This document shows, piece after piece, positions 41,040 through 51,686 of a stretch of 59,926 nucleotides of DNA. Source of the DNA: an uncultured Verrucomicrobiota bacterium (lineage in GTDB: Bacteria > Verrucomicrobiota > Verrucomicrobiia > Limisphaerales > UBA9464); contig CAILNN010000251.1 in the NCBI GenBank assembly GCA_903835555.1, forward strand, positions 1-59,926. The letters run 5' to 3'. Each line of letters begins with the position of its first letter. Within the stretch, counting starts at the first letter, position 1. The translations under genes were made by a program, and so were the position numbers. Under the pieces are notes generated by a model. It searched no databases. It worked only from the letters and a program-made list of their open reading frames with translations, and was not told the origin of the DNA.

Positions 41040-41785
41040 GCGGGCGCGATAGTTGTGTCGTGGCCCGAGTGAGAGAGGAGCGCGGTCTTTTCCAAACCGG
41101 CCAGTCGGGCATCCACCCGATCGGCGATCTTTCCATTTCGGATTTCAATCCGCCGGGGCGTGACGGCGGCGATTTCCGGATTATGCGTCACAATGATGAC
41201 CGTACGCCCCTGTTTCGACAAACTGCGAAAAAGTTCCAGAATGATTTCGCCAGTGTGCGTATCCAAATTGCCCGTGGGTTCGTCGGCGAAGATGATCTTC
41301 GGATCATTTACCAATGCGCGGGCGATGGCTACCCGCTGTTGCTGTCCGCCTGATAACTGCGATGGACGATTCTTTAAGCGATGGCCCATTTGGACCGCTT
41401 CCAGGGCCTTGAGCGCCTTTTCCCGGCGTTGGTGCCCGTTGAGGCCGGCATAGATCATCGGAAGCTCCACATTTTGGACCACGTTGAGTTTGGGTAAAAG
41501 ATTAAAAAATTGAAAGACAAACCCGATCTTCCGATTGCGCATCCGGGCCAGCTCACGTGCCGATGCCTGCTGTATAGGGGTGCCGTCCAAGGTCACGGTC
41601 CCGTGGGTCGGCGTATCCAGGCAGCCGAGAATGTGCATCAAGGTCGACTTGCCACTGCCCGACGGGCCGATGATCGAGACGAATTCGCCGCCGTCGATGT
41701 TGAGCGTGATGCCATCCAGGGCGCGAATCTCTTCACCGCCCAAATGGTACACTTTACGGACATCGCGGAGTTCAAGAAGAGCCAC
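41036..41785 (-). CDS. MacB-type ABC ATP-binding protein
   Basis: GPSGSGKST, LSGGQQQRVAIARAL, ADEPTGNLD. Confidence 0.93.
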   Translation of the reverse strand: MALLELRDVRKVYHLGGEEIRALDGITLNIDGGEFVSIIGPSGSGKSTLMHILGCLDTPTHGTVTLDGTPIQQASARELARMRNRKIGFVFQFFNLLPKLNVVQNVELPMIYAGLNGHQRREKALKALEAVQMGHRLKNRPSQLSGGQQQRVAIARALVNDPKIIFADEPTGNLDTHTGEIILELFRSLSKQGRTVIIVTHNPEIAAVTPRRIEIRNGKIADRVDARLAGLEKTALLSHSGHDTTIAPA

Positions 41786-41823
41786 GGAGAAAGGGGATTA
41801 AATTTGAAACCGAAGGTCGGCTC

Positions 41824-43026
41824 TCAAGGGGCATTGTGACTGGAGCGGGGAGCGGATGCCGCCCCAGCTACGCCACCCGTACTCGCATTGACACTGGCGA
41901 CGCCTTTTGCCGGAGGAGCCTTTTTCGGAGTCTTGGAGCTCTTGGCTTTGTCCTCCAACGAGACGATTTCACCCGATTTGAGGCCCGAAGTAACCTCGAC
42001 AAAAAAGTAATCGCTGACGCCTATCGTAATGGAACGGCGTTCCCAATCATCGCCGGACTTAACCCAGGCGAATCGCTCCAACTGCTTGGTATCCGAATTG
42101 AGTTCGGTAAAAACCGCTGCCAGCGGCGACGCCACCACATTGTCTGCGCTGGCGACCGGGATGGATATGTTGGCTGTCATTCCAGGACGGATACGTTTGT
42201 CGACATCCTTTAACAGAATTCGGGTCGCAAATCCCTTGATGTTGTTCTTGATCGTGGCCTGCGGGGCAATGCGCTCGACCTTGCCAATCACTTTGAGGCC
42301 AGGGACCGCTTCCACAGTCACTTCCACGTCTTGCTTGGCGTTCAGGCGGGTCACATCAGCCTGATTGATGTGGGCGTTGATAATCAGATCGTTGAGGTTG
42401 GCGATAGTCAAAACCTCGGTGCCGGAGTTAAACCCGCCCGAACCGCTGACCGCCTGTCCCACAGACACAGGCCGTGTCAAAACCGTGCAGTCAAACGGCG
42501 CCGAAACCTTGGTTTTCTTGAGTTGCTCCAAGGTGATATCCAGTTGTTTTTGGTTTTTCTCGAGGGTGTTCTTCGCCAGTCCCCAAGTCGTCTTGGAATC
42601 ATCGAAAACCTGTTGCGATACCAATTGGTCCTTAAAAAGTTCGATCGACCGTTTGTAGTCGCGCTCAGCTTGCTCCACTTGCAATTGCGCGCGTTCCACT
42701 TCCTTGTCGGCTGAAGCGCGCTGGGCCTGAAGTTCGCTGTCATCTAGTTGGAACAGCAACTCACCCTTTTTGATGCTGTCCCCGACGTCAACGGTTAGGA
42801 CGGAAATCTTGCCGTTGACTTCCGGGCGGACACTCACCTGTTCGGATGGACCAATTTCGCCCGCCGCTGTCACTGAAAAACGGATGTCCCGGTTCTCGAT
42901 GGTCGCGGTCGTCGGACGTACCGAGGCATCCGTGGTGGTAGAGGCACTGGACGATTGAGTCTTCCAGTACCACCAACCGCCGCCAGCCAGGGCGACGACG
43001 ACAACAAGTCCAACAAGTTTTTTCAT
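41824..43026 (-). CDS. MacA-like periplasmic adaptor (membrane fusion protein)
   Basis: N-terminal anchor, lipoyl motifs (VDVGDSIKKGELL, APFD), helical hairpin, IRPGMTA. Confidence 0.9.
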   Translation of the reverse strand: MKKLVGLVVVVALAGGGWWYWKTQSSSASTTTDASVRPTTATIENRDIRFSVTAAGEIGPSEQVSVRPEVNGKISVLTVDVGDSIKKGELLFQLDDSELQAQRASADKEVERAQLQVEQAERDYKRSIELFKDQLVSQQVFDDSKTTWGLAKNTLEKNQKQLDITLEQLKKTKVSAPFDCTVLTRPVSVGQAVSGSGGFNSGTEVLTIANLNDLIINAHINQADVTRLNAKQDVEVTVEAVPGLKVIGKVERIAPQATIKNNIKGFATRILLKDVDKRIRPGMTANISIPVASADNVVASPLAAVFTELNSDTKQLERFAWVKSGDDWERRSITIGVSDYFFVEVTSGLKSGEIVSLEDKAKSSKTPKKAPPAKGVASVNASTGGVAGAASAPRSSHNAP

Positions 43027-43128
43027 GCGCTACAGTCCGAGAGTAGAGTTAATACGTGTACGTGCAATCTTTGACCGCAACTGGTGTTGTCTCCAAGTGC
43101 CAGGTTTGCCAAAGCTATCTGGACGCAC

Positions 43129-44400
43129 ATGACCGGTACCTCATTCATTTTTTGGGCAGCAGTTCTCTTTCCGACGACACAATGGGTCGCGGACCGGTTC
43201 TTGGCTGAACTCAACCGGCGGTATGTGGTCGCGCGCCGCTCAAAGGTACCAGAAGCCTTTGAAGGCATCATTGATACACCTACCTACCAACGCTCGTCCG
43301 ATTACACCTTGGCTAGAATCCAGTTTGCAGGGGTGGAATCCGCCTGGGGACTGGCCGTGTTGCTCTGCGTACTCGTAACCCCCGTCCTCGCGGCTAGTTA
43401 CGCCTGGCTGCAAGGTTGGCTTGGAGATGCTGCCTGGGTTCAAGCCCTGTGGCTCATCGCCGTTGGTGTTGGGCTCTCCATCCCTGGGTTACCACTGGAA
43501 TGGTGGGCGCAGTTTCGGTTGGAGGAGCGATTTGGATTCAATACCAACACCATCAAGCTTTGGTTCCTGGATCGAGTCAAAGGTCTGGCTCTGGCCTTAG
43601 TTCTGGGTGTGCCACTCCTGATCTTGATTCTAAAGTTGGTCGATTGGGTGGGCAGTCATTGGTGGCTGTGGGCCTGGGCGGTCTTGATGGCGTTTCAACT
43701 CCTGATGATGGTGATCGCGCCGGTGTTCATATTACCGCTGTTTAATAAACTCACACCGCTGGCTGCGGGCACTCTTCGGGACCGGTTGCTGAAGCTCGGA
43801 GAAAAGACCGGTTTTTCTGCTCAGACTATTCTGGTTATGGATGGCAGCAAGCGGTCCCGCCACTCCAATGCCTTCTTTACCGGTTTTGGCCGCTTCCGGA
43901 AAATTGTCTTGTTTGACACGCTGATCCAACAATTGACCGAGACGGAACTGGAAGCAGTCCTCGCGCACGAAATCGGGCATTATAAGCGCGGGCACATTCC
44001 CCGGATGCTGATTGCCAATGCCATCTCGATGCTGGTTGGGTTCGCGGTCATCGCTTGGCTGGCTAGGCAACCGGAATTTACTGCGGCCTTTGGGTTCGGG
44101 AAAGATGTCGGCTTGGCTCCGGCATTGCTCTTGTTTTCTCTCCTGTCTGGGTCTGTCACATTTTGGGCATCACCCTTGATGAATTTCTGGTCTCGCCAAC
44201 ATGAGTATCAGGCCGATGCTTACGCAGCGAATGTGCTGAACGACTCACAGGGCCTGATCGGGGCCTTAAGAAAATTGAACGAGAAAAACCTGTCTAATTT
44301 GACGCCGCATCCGCTTTACAGTGCCTGGCATTATTCCCACCCCACTTTGCTTGAGAGGGAGGCCGCTCTTGCCGGAATTCAGAATCTGGCCCAGTGGTAA
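43129..44400 (+). CDS. M48 family (Ste24-like) membrane metallopeptidase
   Basis: F.LEERFGFN, MDGSKRSRHSNAFFTG, LAHEIGH, HEYQAD, YSHP. Confidence 0.93.
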   Translation: MTGTSFIFWAAVLFPTTQWVADRFLAELNRRYVVARRSKVPEAFEGIIDTPTYQRSSDYTLARIQFAGVESAWGLAVLLCVLVTPVLAASYAWLQGWLGDAAWVQALWLIAVGVGLSIPGLPLEWWAQFRLEERFGFNTNTIKLWFLDRVKGLALALVLGVPLLILILKLVDWVGSHWWLWAWAVLMAFQLLMMVIAPVFILPLFNKLTPLAAGTLRDRLLKLGEKTGFSAQTILVMDGSKRSRHSNAFFTGFGRFRKIVLFDTLIQQLTETELEAVLAHEIGHYKRGHIPRMLIANAISMLVGFAVIAWLARQPEFTAAFGFGKDVGLAPALLLFSLLSGSVTFWASPLMNFWSRQHEYQADAYAANVLNDSQGLIGALRKLNEKNLSNLTPHPLYSAWHYSHPTLLEREAALAGIQNLAQW

Positions 44401-44417
44401 GCCGACGCTGGTTTGGT

Positions 44418-44637
44418 GAAAAGCGGCGGGACGCCGCATCCACGTGTAGGCGTATACGTAACAGATTGAATCAAAACAACATCGGTTGGGTAGACTTCGC
44501 CCCGTAGCGCAGGCTTTCCAGCCTGCTGTAACGCAGGTCTCCAGACCTTCCCGGCGGTCCGAGCCACGCCCGCCGCGCAAGTTAGCCCCCACCCGACCCG
44601 GAGGGCTTCAAAGTGGAATCAGCGTCTCGCGGTTTTC
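44418..44637. repeat. Mosaic of REP-like palindromes between convergent genes
   Basis: GCGGCGGGACGCCGC (about 44424) with a degenerate inverted partner at 44613-44637; GTAG-C-GCAGGCT-TTCC-AGCCTGC (44504-44526) and a tandem variant to 44548. Confidence 0.65.
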
Positions 44638-44810
44638 GAAGCCAGCCCAATGCTTCCGGGCCAACCCATAGTAGGAGTTACAGGTTCATTCAACCCCTAT
44701 CGATGGCGGCAGTTTTTGTCCGTTCAGTACGCCATTTTTTACGTTTCGGGGGCCACCACCCTTCCACGCCGACAGGAGTTCTAAGACTTCGAACTCATTG
44801 ACGTGGCTCA

Positions 44811-44844
44811 ATAAAAAACGCGGAGGATGTTTCATCCCCCGCGT
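44811..44844 (-). terminator. Rho-independent terminator of the LamG/Ig gene
   Basis: ACGCGGAGGATG / CATCCCCCGCGT stem followed by a T-run on the minus strand. Confidence 0.75.
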
Positions 44845-44867
44845 CTTCGATGTCTTAGCTCAACCTC

Positions 44868-47800
44868 TTAGAAAGAGGCGCGATAGAATAACGCCGGGGA
44901 GCCGGCCGATGGCGTGAAGGTGTACTTCGGAGCGCTCGCGCCGCCGACGTTGATCCAGGGACCTGTCGGGGAAGAGGCTGATTGGAGCGTTCCATTGCTC
45001 CATCCTATGGTGACGCGGGTGCCGTCGGTGCTCACCGTGAGTGTGACCGAAGGCGGTGCTGGAACGTCAAAGCTGCGTCCATAGCCATTGCCAACGATGT
45101 AGATCGATCGGGCTTCGTAGTCGGTAAGAGCACGACGCCAGAATCCGAGGTCATCCAGCGAGAATGCACCGGCCTCACCGTAGGTGCCGCCGCCTGCCTG
45201 ACCGATTTCCCAGGTGTTGCCAGTACTGGAAAGGTCGAGCGACGCCAGACCACCGATGTCGGTTGTATTGACTGCGACGCCGTCGAGGTAGGTTATTGCA
45301 TTTCCCAATCGATGGAAGACGTGGACCAAGCTGTGCCAGTTGCCGTCGTTGATATCATTATTGACCGGCGAATAGAGTCCTGCACTACTGCCGACCGAGC
45401 CAGTGTCCTTCAACCACCAAGACCAGCCCCCTAATTTATAGGAGGAGGCGAAGTCGATACCAAAGTCACCGTAGGAAGTCTTGGTGTTGCCGAAGAACGG
45501 AAGGTCGCCTGGAAGGCCGACGAAATTGATCCAGTAAGCTACTGAGAAGTCGTCGCCTGGACCGATGGCTAAATCAGAGGGGTTGTTTAGCTCAACGTAG
45601 CTGGCGCTCGTAACCACTCCAGAGGACGTGGTCGTCACGTAGTGCAAGGCACCCGATCCAATCTTTCCGCCAACGAACGTCGGTCCACCTTCTGGAGTTC
45701 CATCATTGTGGTCGCCCGCCGTATCGGAATAGCTGTTGTCAAACGGCAGATGCAAAACCAGTCCGTTCGTGATGCTTAGATAATTTGGGGGGGCGTGGAT
45801 CGTGATCGTGGCATCTTTCGAGGCCAGCTTGGTTGCTCCTTGCGAAACCACCAAGTGATAGGTGCCTGAATCATTCGTCGTAGCCGAAGCAATGGTGTAG
45901 GAGTTCCGAACGGCACCGGGGATGTCCTGGCCGTTTTTCTGCCATTGGTAAGTCAACGGCTGCCCACCGGATGCTCCGGCAAAGAGCGATAGCCTCGTGC
46001 CGACCAGCGTATCCGGTCCAGGGGGATCCTGAACAACAGTATCCTGGGTGATGGTCACTGGGCTCGGAGTAAACTTCCCGGTGACACCCGCATCGCGAAG
46101 TGACTGAACTTCCGCTGGGCTGAGTGCGTGGTTGAAAATGGCCACCTGATCCAGGCTGCCTTGATAGAGTCGGTTGCCGCTGGGATCTGTGCCGAAGTGC
46201 AAGGGACCATCGAAGACTTCTGGGGTATGGGTGACGGCGTTCACGGCCGAGGTCAAGCCATTGCCGGCATCCAAATAGAGGGTGGCTTGGTCGGCTTCCA
46301 CTACCAACGCGACAAAGTTCCAAACCCCGATGGCAGGAGCCAATCCCGAGTCCCAATTGTACGTCGCTGCGTTGTTATTCCAGGTATAAGCGAGGTCGCC
46401 AGTTCCTTTATAAAAATCAATGCCGGCGGCGACCGTTTGGGTTCCGCGACAGAAAATGAGGCCGTCGAAATCAGCGGAAATGAGGGTTTGCTGGACAGAT
46501 GGATTTATCCAGGCCGTGATGGTGGTCGTTTGTTGATGTAGATTCAGCGGAGGAGCCGTCAGATCGCTGGTCTTACCGTCAAACTTGACCGCCGTGTTGG
46601 TTGGGGAAAAGCCCGCATCGGTTGGAGGAACGGGTCCTGGCACGCCGAGTGTCACGGTTGCATTGAGTTTGCCATCCAGGCTCCCTATTGAATCCGCGAA
46701 TAGGGGACCCGATGTTTCATCCAACTTCCAGTAGGCCACAGCCCCCAGACTTGCTACCGCTTCGGAGTAAGGTGTGGTCAACGGTAGGATGGTCAGAAGG
46801 GCGTGGTTGGTGATGGATCCATAAGGGTTGGTGACGACGACGTAATAATCGCCGCCATCTGAAGTACCTAGCTGGGGAATCGTCAGGGTATTGTTGGTAG
46901 CTCCGGCGATAGGTGCATTGGTATGAAACCATTGAAACGAGAGGGGAATACTACCACCCGCTGCGACTGAAAAATTGGCTGTGCCGCCGGGCAACAGGTT
47001 CAAACTTCTAGGCGCTGTACTGATGAAGGGGGGGCCGGCAACAACGGTGAGGTTGACGGGCGCGCTGGTGGCGGTTCCCAGGCTGTTCTGAACGGTCGCG
47101 AAATACGTCCCTGATGATGCCGCAGTAACATTCGTCAGGCTAAGCGTCGGCCCGGTCTGAATTTGACTGGCTCCTTTGAACCACTTGTAAGTAAGGGGAG
47201 AGTTGCCGATGGCAGAGACGTTCAGCGTGAGCGTTGAACCCTCAAAGATCGTTCCGGAAGGAATGCTGGGTTGTGTGCTGATTTCAGGAGCCAGCGGAGC
47301 CGCCGCGAAAAGCGTGTTTAGATCGTTGGTGGAAAGCGCGTGGTCGTAAATGGCCACTTCATCGATTTCTCCGTTAACAATTCGTCCGCCCGTCGGGTCC
47401 AAGCCGATGTAAATAGGGTCCTGGAAGAAATCATGAGCTGCGTGCGTGGCGTCGTGGCTGGCCGACGTGCCATTGACGTAAAGGGTCGTGTTGGTCGGAG
47501 TAACGACGCAGGCGATAAAGCTCCAGACATAGGGTGGAATCGCCAAGCCGGGTATCCAGTCGTATTCGGTGTTTTCCCAATGCATCCGGAGGTCATTTTG
47601 GTCACCAAAGCCAAAGCCGGTCGCAGCCGTAGTGCTCCCATTTTCGCCGCGCTGGAACAAGACGGCATTGAAGCCGGTCTGTGGTCCATTGGGCTTCACC
47701 CAGGCAGTGTAGGATACCGTGTCGGTGTTCAGCGGTTGGCCCGCGGGAATGATAACAGAGCCGATCGAACCATTGAGATCGAGCGCCTTGTTTGGGGTTG

Positions 47801-48794
47801 GGAATCCTGTTCCAGGAACGCCCGGCTGTCCGGGGATGGCACCCAAATCATATCCGGCATTACCAGTCGAACCCCAACTACCGAGGTTGGCTGCAACCGG
47901 TAATGTAGTTGGAGGCGTATAGGTCGGTTCATCCAACCGATAGTACAAAACCGGGGTTTCTTGCTGAACGAGAGTATTATAGGGGGTAGAGGGAGTCGAA
48001 CTGGTCCCGTTATTGTAGTGGGAAAGGAGGACAGCCGGGGTCAGCGGATGATCGTACAGGGCCACTTCATCAATAGATCCGGAATATCCAAAGCCATCAT
48101 CACTTCGGGCCCCGATGGAGAAACTCCCATCAATATTCGGCACATAGCCGACCGGGCTACCCGACGCCACAGCAGCACCGTTGACGTAAAGGGTGGCGAG
48201 GTTGGCACCTGCGTCATAGGAAATGGCGATCAAATACCATGTTCCGACTTGAGGTAATGCTCCTCCAGATATGTCCAACGCGCGGCTTAGGCCGTTGTTG
48301 TTGAACATGCGGAAATCCCATCCTTGTCCGTCCACATTATTTTGGTAGAGAAACCAGCCCGACCGTGGATTCCCTGCCTGAGCAAATGAAAGGGGACAGG
48401 TCAAACCGCCAGGTGCTGCACTGGGCGATATCCACCCTTCGATGGTGAACGAACCTTGCAGGTTATAAGCCGGGTTATTGGGGACGCTGACCCATTCGCC
48501 GCCAGTGAAAGTCGCCCCACTATCGGAACTTCCCACCAAGGCCCCGGCAGCCGGATGGATGTCGCCGGGGTTTTTCTCTAAAAGGTAGGTGCCGTTCCCA
48601 ATGGCACCGGCAGAACCGCTGTTAATCGCGAGATTCTGGGGGGCGGCAATCGACTCTTCCAATCGCCAATAGCCGACCGGACTGAGTGATTCGAGAGTTG
48701 TCGGAAAGTCCGCCTGTGTAGACAGGACACCGGAGAGAAGAAACACCACTGGGGCACTAGCGTGCCTCCATGATCGCCATGAATAGTTTATCAT
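44868..48794 (-). CDS. Large secreted LamG-jellyroll / immunoglobulin-domain surface protein
   Basis: Signal peptide; four LamG-like units (G.IDEVA.Y..L type ends) and three Ig units (PLTYKWFK, PLSFQWF, PLTYQWQKNG); ends FYRASF. Confidence 0.85.
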   Translation of the reverse strand: MINYSWRSWRHASAPVVFLLSGVLSTQADFPTTLESLSPVGYWRLEESIAAPQNLAINSGSAGAIGNGTYLLEKNPGDIHPAAGALVGSSDSGATFTGGEWVSVPNNPAYNLQGSFTIEGWISPSAAPGGLTCPLSFAQAGNPRSGWFLYQNNVDGQGWDFRMFNNNGLSRALDISGGALPQVGTWYLIAISYDAGANLATLYVNGAAVASGSPVGYVPNIDGSFSIGARSDDGFGYSGSIDEVALYDHPLTPAVLLSHYNNGTSSTPSTPYNTLVQQETPVLYYRLDEPTYTPPTTLPVAANLGSWGSTGNAGYDLGAIPGQPGVPGTGFPTPNKALDLNGSIGSVIIPAGQPLNTDTVSYTAWVKPNGPQTGFNAVLFQRGENGSTTAATGFGFGDQNDLRMHWENTEYDWIPGLAIPPYVWSFIACVVTPTNTTLYVNGTSASHDATHAAHDFFQDPIYIGLDPTGGRIVNGEIDEVAIYDHALSTNDLNTLFAAAPLAPEISTQPSIPSGTIFEGSTLTLNVSAIGNSPLTYKWFKGASQIQTGPTLSLTNVTAASSGTYFATVQNSLGTATSAPVNLTVVAGPPFISTAPRSLNLLPGGTANFSVAAGGSIPLSFQWFHTNAPIAGATNNTLTIPQLGTSDGGDYYVVVTNPYGSITNHALLTILPLTTPYSEAVASLGAVAYWKLDETSGPLFADSIGSLDGKLNATVTLGVPGPVPPTDAGFSPTNTAVKFDGKTSDLTAPPLNLHQQTTTITAWINPSVQQTLISADFDGLIFCRGTQTVAAGIDFYKGTGDLAYTWNNNAATYNWDSGLAPAIGVWNFVALVVEADQATLYLDAGNGLTSAVNAVTHTPEVFDGPLHFGTDPSGNRLYQGSLDQVAIFNHALSPAEVQSLRDAGVTGKFTPSPVTITQDTVVQDPPGPDTLVGTRLSLFAGASGGQPLTYQWQKNGQDIPGAVRNSYTIASATTNDSGTYHLVVSQGATKLASKDATITIHAPPNYLSITNGLVLHLPFDNSYSDTAGDHNDGTPEGGPTFVGGKIGSGALHYVTTTSSGVVTSASYVELNNPSDLAIGPGDDFSVAYWINFVGLPGDLPFFGNTKTSYGDFGIDFASSYKLGGWSWWLKDTGSVGSSAGLYSPVNNDINDGNWHSLVHVFHRLGNAITYLDGVAVNTTDIGGLASLDLSSTGNTWEIGQAGGGTYGEAGAFSLDDLGFWRRALTDYEARSIYIVGNGYGRSFDVPAPPSVTLTVSTDGTRVTIGWSNGTLQSASSPTGPWINVGGASAPKYTFTPSAGSPALFYRASF

Positions 48795-49089
48795 AAACGA
48801 AACCTTGTGCGAGACGGTTAATTTTAGGTACATCGTCTTGATGCATCCTGCCCACACCATGGCCACGAAGGCGTCCCAAAAGCAAGCTTCAGTCACCCTT
48901 TCGCCGTTAAACCTTCGTCCATTTGTTACAATCCAGCCGATTGTCAGCGAGAATCCCCCCAGCGATTGCGCTTTTTGGAATGCGATTGGCCACTTTTATG
49001 GTGAAAATCTACCAGAAAGTTCCTTTGGTATTGTTAATTGTGGAGCTTCACGAGCAAATCGGAACACAAGCGCCAAAAGTAAACATTCT

Positions 49090-50031
49090 TCAGTCGTGCA
49101 GAAAGACGTAGACTCCGAAACCAATGGCGGTGAGACCAAGAGAGGCTGCGACCGCCCAAATCACGTTGCGGCGTTGAACGGCCAGAGAAAAGGTGGCTAT
49201 CACCACCGCCACTTGCGCAACCAACATCGCGACGAAAAAGTGACCGCTTCGGACTCGGTGACGCTCCGCCTCCCGGTTTCCCACCCGGACTTGTAGTTCC
49301 AACAGATCAGCCACCGGACGGCTCATCTGTGCCTGGGCGTCATATCGCAGGGCGTCCAGATGCATCCGGGCCGCCGCGAAATCCCGCTTTAGCGTGGGAT
49401 CGGTTGACGGTGATGCCGTCACTCGCTCTTGAATGAATCCCTCCAATCGGTCCAAATCTCTGCCGAGGTCACTCATCTGTTGATCGATGGCAATCGAGTT
49501 GGTTCGGGCGATTTGTATCGCATCCTCCAATTGGTCCGCTGAAATACTGGCGAGGAGGGGAAACAGTTCCCGGTCGGCATTGCCAGCGGCTATTCCTTCC
49601 AATGCCCTACGAATAGTGACTCCGTAGCCCCTGCCAGGCGGGATGCTTGGAATCGTACCGCTGACTAGACACGCCACCGCGTTGGTTAGTAGTGGGTCAG
49701 CGATTTTGTCTCTCATGACGCTCTCAAGAGCCTCCCGGTTGAGCGGGGATATATCCGACATAGCATGCAGAATCGACTCACTGCTTCGGATGGTGGCGCT
49801 CCGAATTCGTCGGGCTTGGTAAAAGCTCCACTGATCTCCTACTTTGGATTGAAGCTGGGCGGACGTGGATCGGTCGTATTGCCCTCGGCTCATTTCGCTG
49901 TTGGACAGCCCCGCCATGAGTGTCGACACCACGGTCATGACGACGGGTGTTGAGGTTAGCAGCTTGCCGAAAGTATTCTTGGGCACTTCCGGAGGTGGAG
50001 AGGACTGGGATGTGGGGAGAGAAATTTTCAT
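49090..50031 (-). CDS. DUF4337-like membrane protein
   Basis: N-terminal TM, DQWSFYQA motif, long helical region, two C-terminal TM segments. Confidence 0.65.
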   Translation of the reverse strand: MKISLPTSQSSPPPEVPKNTFGKLLTSTPVVMTVVSTLMAGLSNSEMSRGQYDRSTSAQLQSKVGDQWSFYQARRIRSATIRSSESILHAMSDISPLNREALESVMRDKIADPLLTNAVACLVSGTIPSIPPGRGYGVTIRRALEGIAAGNADRELFPLLASISADQLEDAIQIARTNSIAIDQQMSDLGRDLDRLEGFIQERVTASPSTDPTLKRDFAAARMHLDALRYDAQAQMSRPVADLLELQVRVGNREAERHRVRSGHFFVAMLVAQVAVVIATFSLAVQRRNVIWAVAASLGLTAIGFGVYVFLHD

Positions 50032-50170
50032 CCTGAATAAACAACTGGCTCAACCTTGCCATCCGCACCTATCGAGGCAAGCCACGGTTGCATGACGGTA
50101 AGAAACGCATCCGGCGCTAATACCGAGTCCTATTTCGACTGCGCGAAACCTGTGGTAGTTTGTCTCGTTC

Positions 50171-51454
50171 ATGGAAAATAATCACCCGGTCCTCATTGTC
50201 GGTGCCGGATTGGCCGGGCTTTCAGCGGCATACACGTTGGCATCGAACGGGGTACGATGCCTCCTCTTGGAAGCCTCAGATGGCGTGGGAGGCCGCGTAC
50301 GAACCGATGTGGTCGATGGCTTCCTATTGGACCGTGGCTTTCAGGTGCTCCTCACTGCCTATCCCGAATGCCGTGATTTTGTCAGCGACCCGGTGGCTGG
50401 GTTGCGACCCTTCTATCCGGGGGCCCAAATCTGGTGGAAGGGACGATTCCATCGCGTTGCCGATCCGTTCCGGCGTCCAATGGATGCGATGGCCAGCTTG
50501 TTCGGTCCAATCGGCACTCCAGCCGACAAAGCGCGAGTTGGACTCCTACGCAGACGGGTTTTGTCGGGCAGTCTGCAAGAACTTTGGCAGCGTCCGGAAG
50601 AAACAACTCATCAGCGACTTCTGCAGCTTGGCTTTTCTAAGGCAATGGTGGAACGATTTCTTCGCCCATTTCTGGCTGGAATATTCCTAGAAAGCGACCT
50701 TCGTACCTCCAGCTGTCAATTTGAGTTTGTGTTTAGGATGATGGCCTTGGGCGACACCTCGGTTCCTTCGGATGGAATGGGTGCTTTGACGCAGTGGCTG
50801 GTACGCCGACTACCCACCGAGTTTTGTCAGGTGATCCTGGGAAGTTCGGTTAAGGAGATTTCCGACCCCAATCTCGAAAAGCCCGTGCAACTGAATTTGG
50901 CAGGTGGGCAGGTATTTCAAGCAGAGCGTGTTGTTCTGGCGGTCGAAGCACCGGTCGCCGCTAGGCTATTACGGATGGACCGAAATCCTCGGTCGCGTTC
51001 TTCGACAACCTGGTATTTTCACGCACCGCCAAGGTCAAGGGTAGACCCCGTTCTTTACTTAAATGGCGAGGGTACTGGACCGATCAACCTAGCGGTTTGG
51101 ATGAATGAAGTGGCACCCAGTTATGCTCCTTCGGAGCAGGGGTTGGTTTCCGCGACCAGCATCGGCGGAGAATCGGGCAACGAAGAGAGAGTGCGGGCGC
51201 AATTGGCGGCCTGGTTTGGTCCGGGCGCTCGGAATTGGCGGCATCTCCAGACTTATGCCATCCACCATGCTCAACCCGAACCCGGTGATTTAGCTGCAAA
51301 CGCTCTTGGCAAGCTACCCCGGGTACGCCCTGGAATATACGCAGCCGGAGATGCCTGGGGGCAGGTCTCCATCGATGGCGCGTTGCGCTCGGGTCGCTTG
51401 GCCGCCGAAGCCGTCCTTGAAGACAAAGGCAGAGGTAAACAAGTAATAGCGTAA
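50171..51454 (+). CDS. FAD-dependent oxidoreductase (amine oxidase/phytoene desaturase superfamily)
   Basis: IVGAGLAGL, EASDGVGGRVRTD, LDRGFQVL.TAYP, AGD...SIDGALRSG. Confidence 0.88.
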   Translation: MENNHPVLIVGAGLAGLSAAYTLASNGVRCLLLEASDGVGGRVRTDVVDGFLLDRGFQVLLTAYPECRDFVSDPVAGLRPFYPGAQIWWKGRFHRVADPFRRPMDAMASLFGPIGTPADKARVGLLRRRVLSGSLQELWQRPEETTHQRLLQLGFSKAMVERFLRPFLAGIFLESDLRTSSCQFEFVFRMMALGDTSVPSDGMGALTQWLVRRLPTEFCQVILGSSVKEISDPNLEKPVQLNLAGGQVFQAERVVLAVEAPVAARLLRMDRNPRSRSSTTWYFHAPPRSRVDPVLYLNGEGTGPINLAVWMNEVAPSYAPSEQGLVSATSIGGESGNEERVRAQLAAWFGPGARNWRHLQTYAIHHAQPEPGDLAANALGKLPRVRPGIYAAGDAWGQVSIDGALRSGRLAAEAVLEDKGRGKQVIA

Positions 51455-51686
51455 CCTGACCCCGAAGTCTGCGTGTGGGTCTCTGCTGCAGTGTAGGTTT
51501 CCCGACCTTTGTGGCAGTGCCAGCGTCACCAACCAATCCTGTACCTTTCCTTCTGGCTCCCAAAAAATCTGTGTCAATCCATCAATCTGCGGTTAAACGC
51601 TTACCGGAAACATCAAACTGGGTTTCCGCTACCCCGACCAGGCAAACGGATTTGGCGCAGCGTCAGCCATTTGCTACGCTGTTTCC

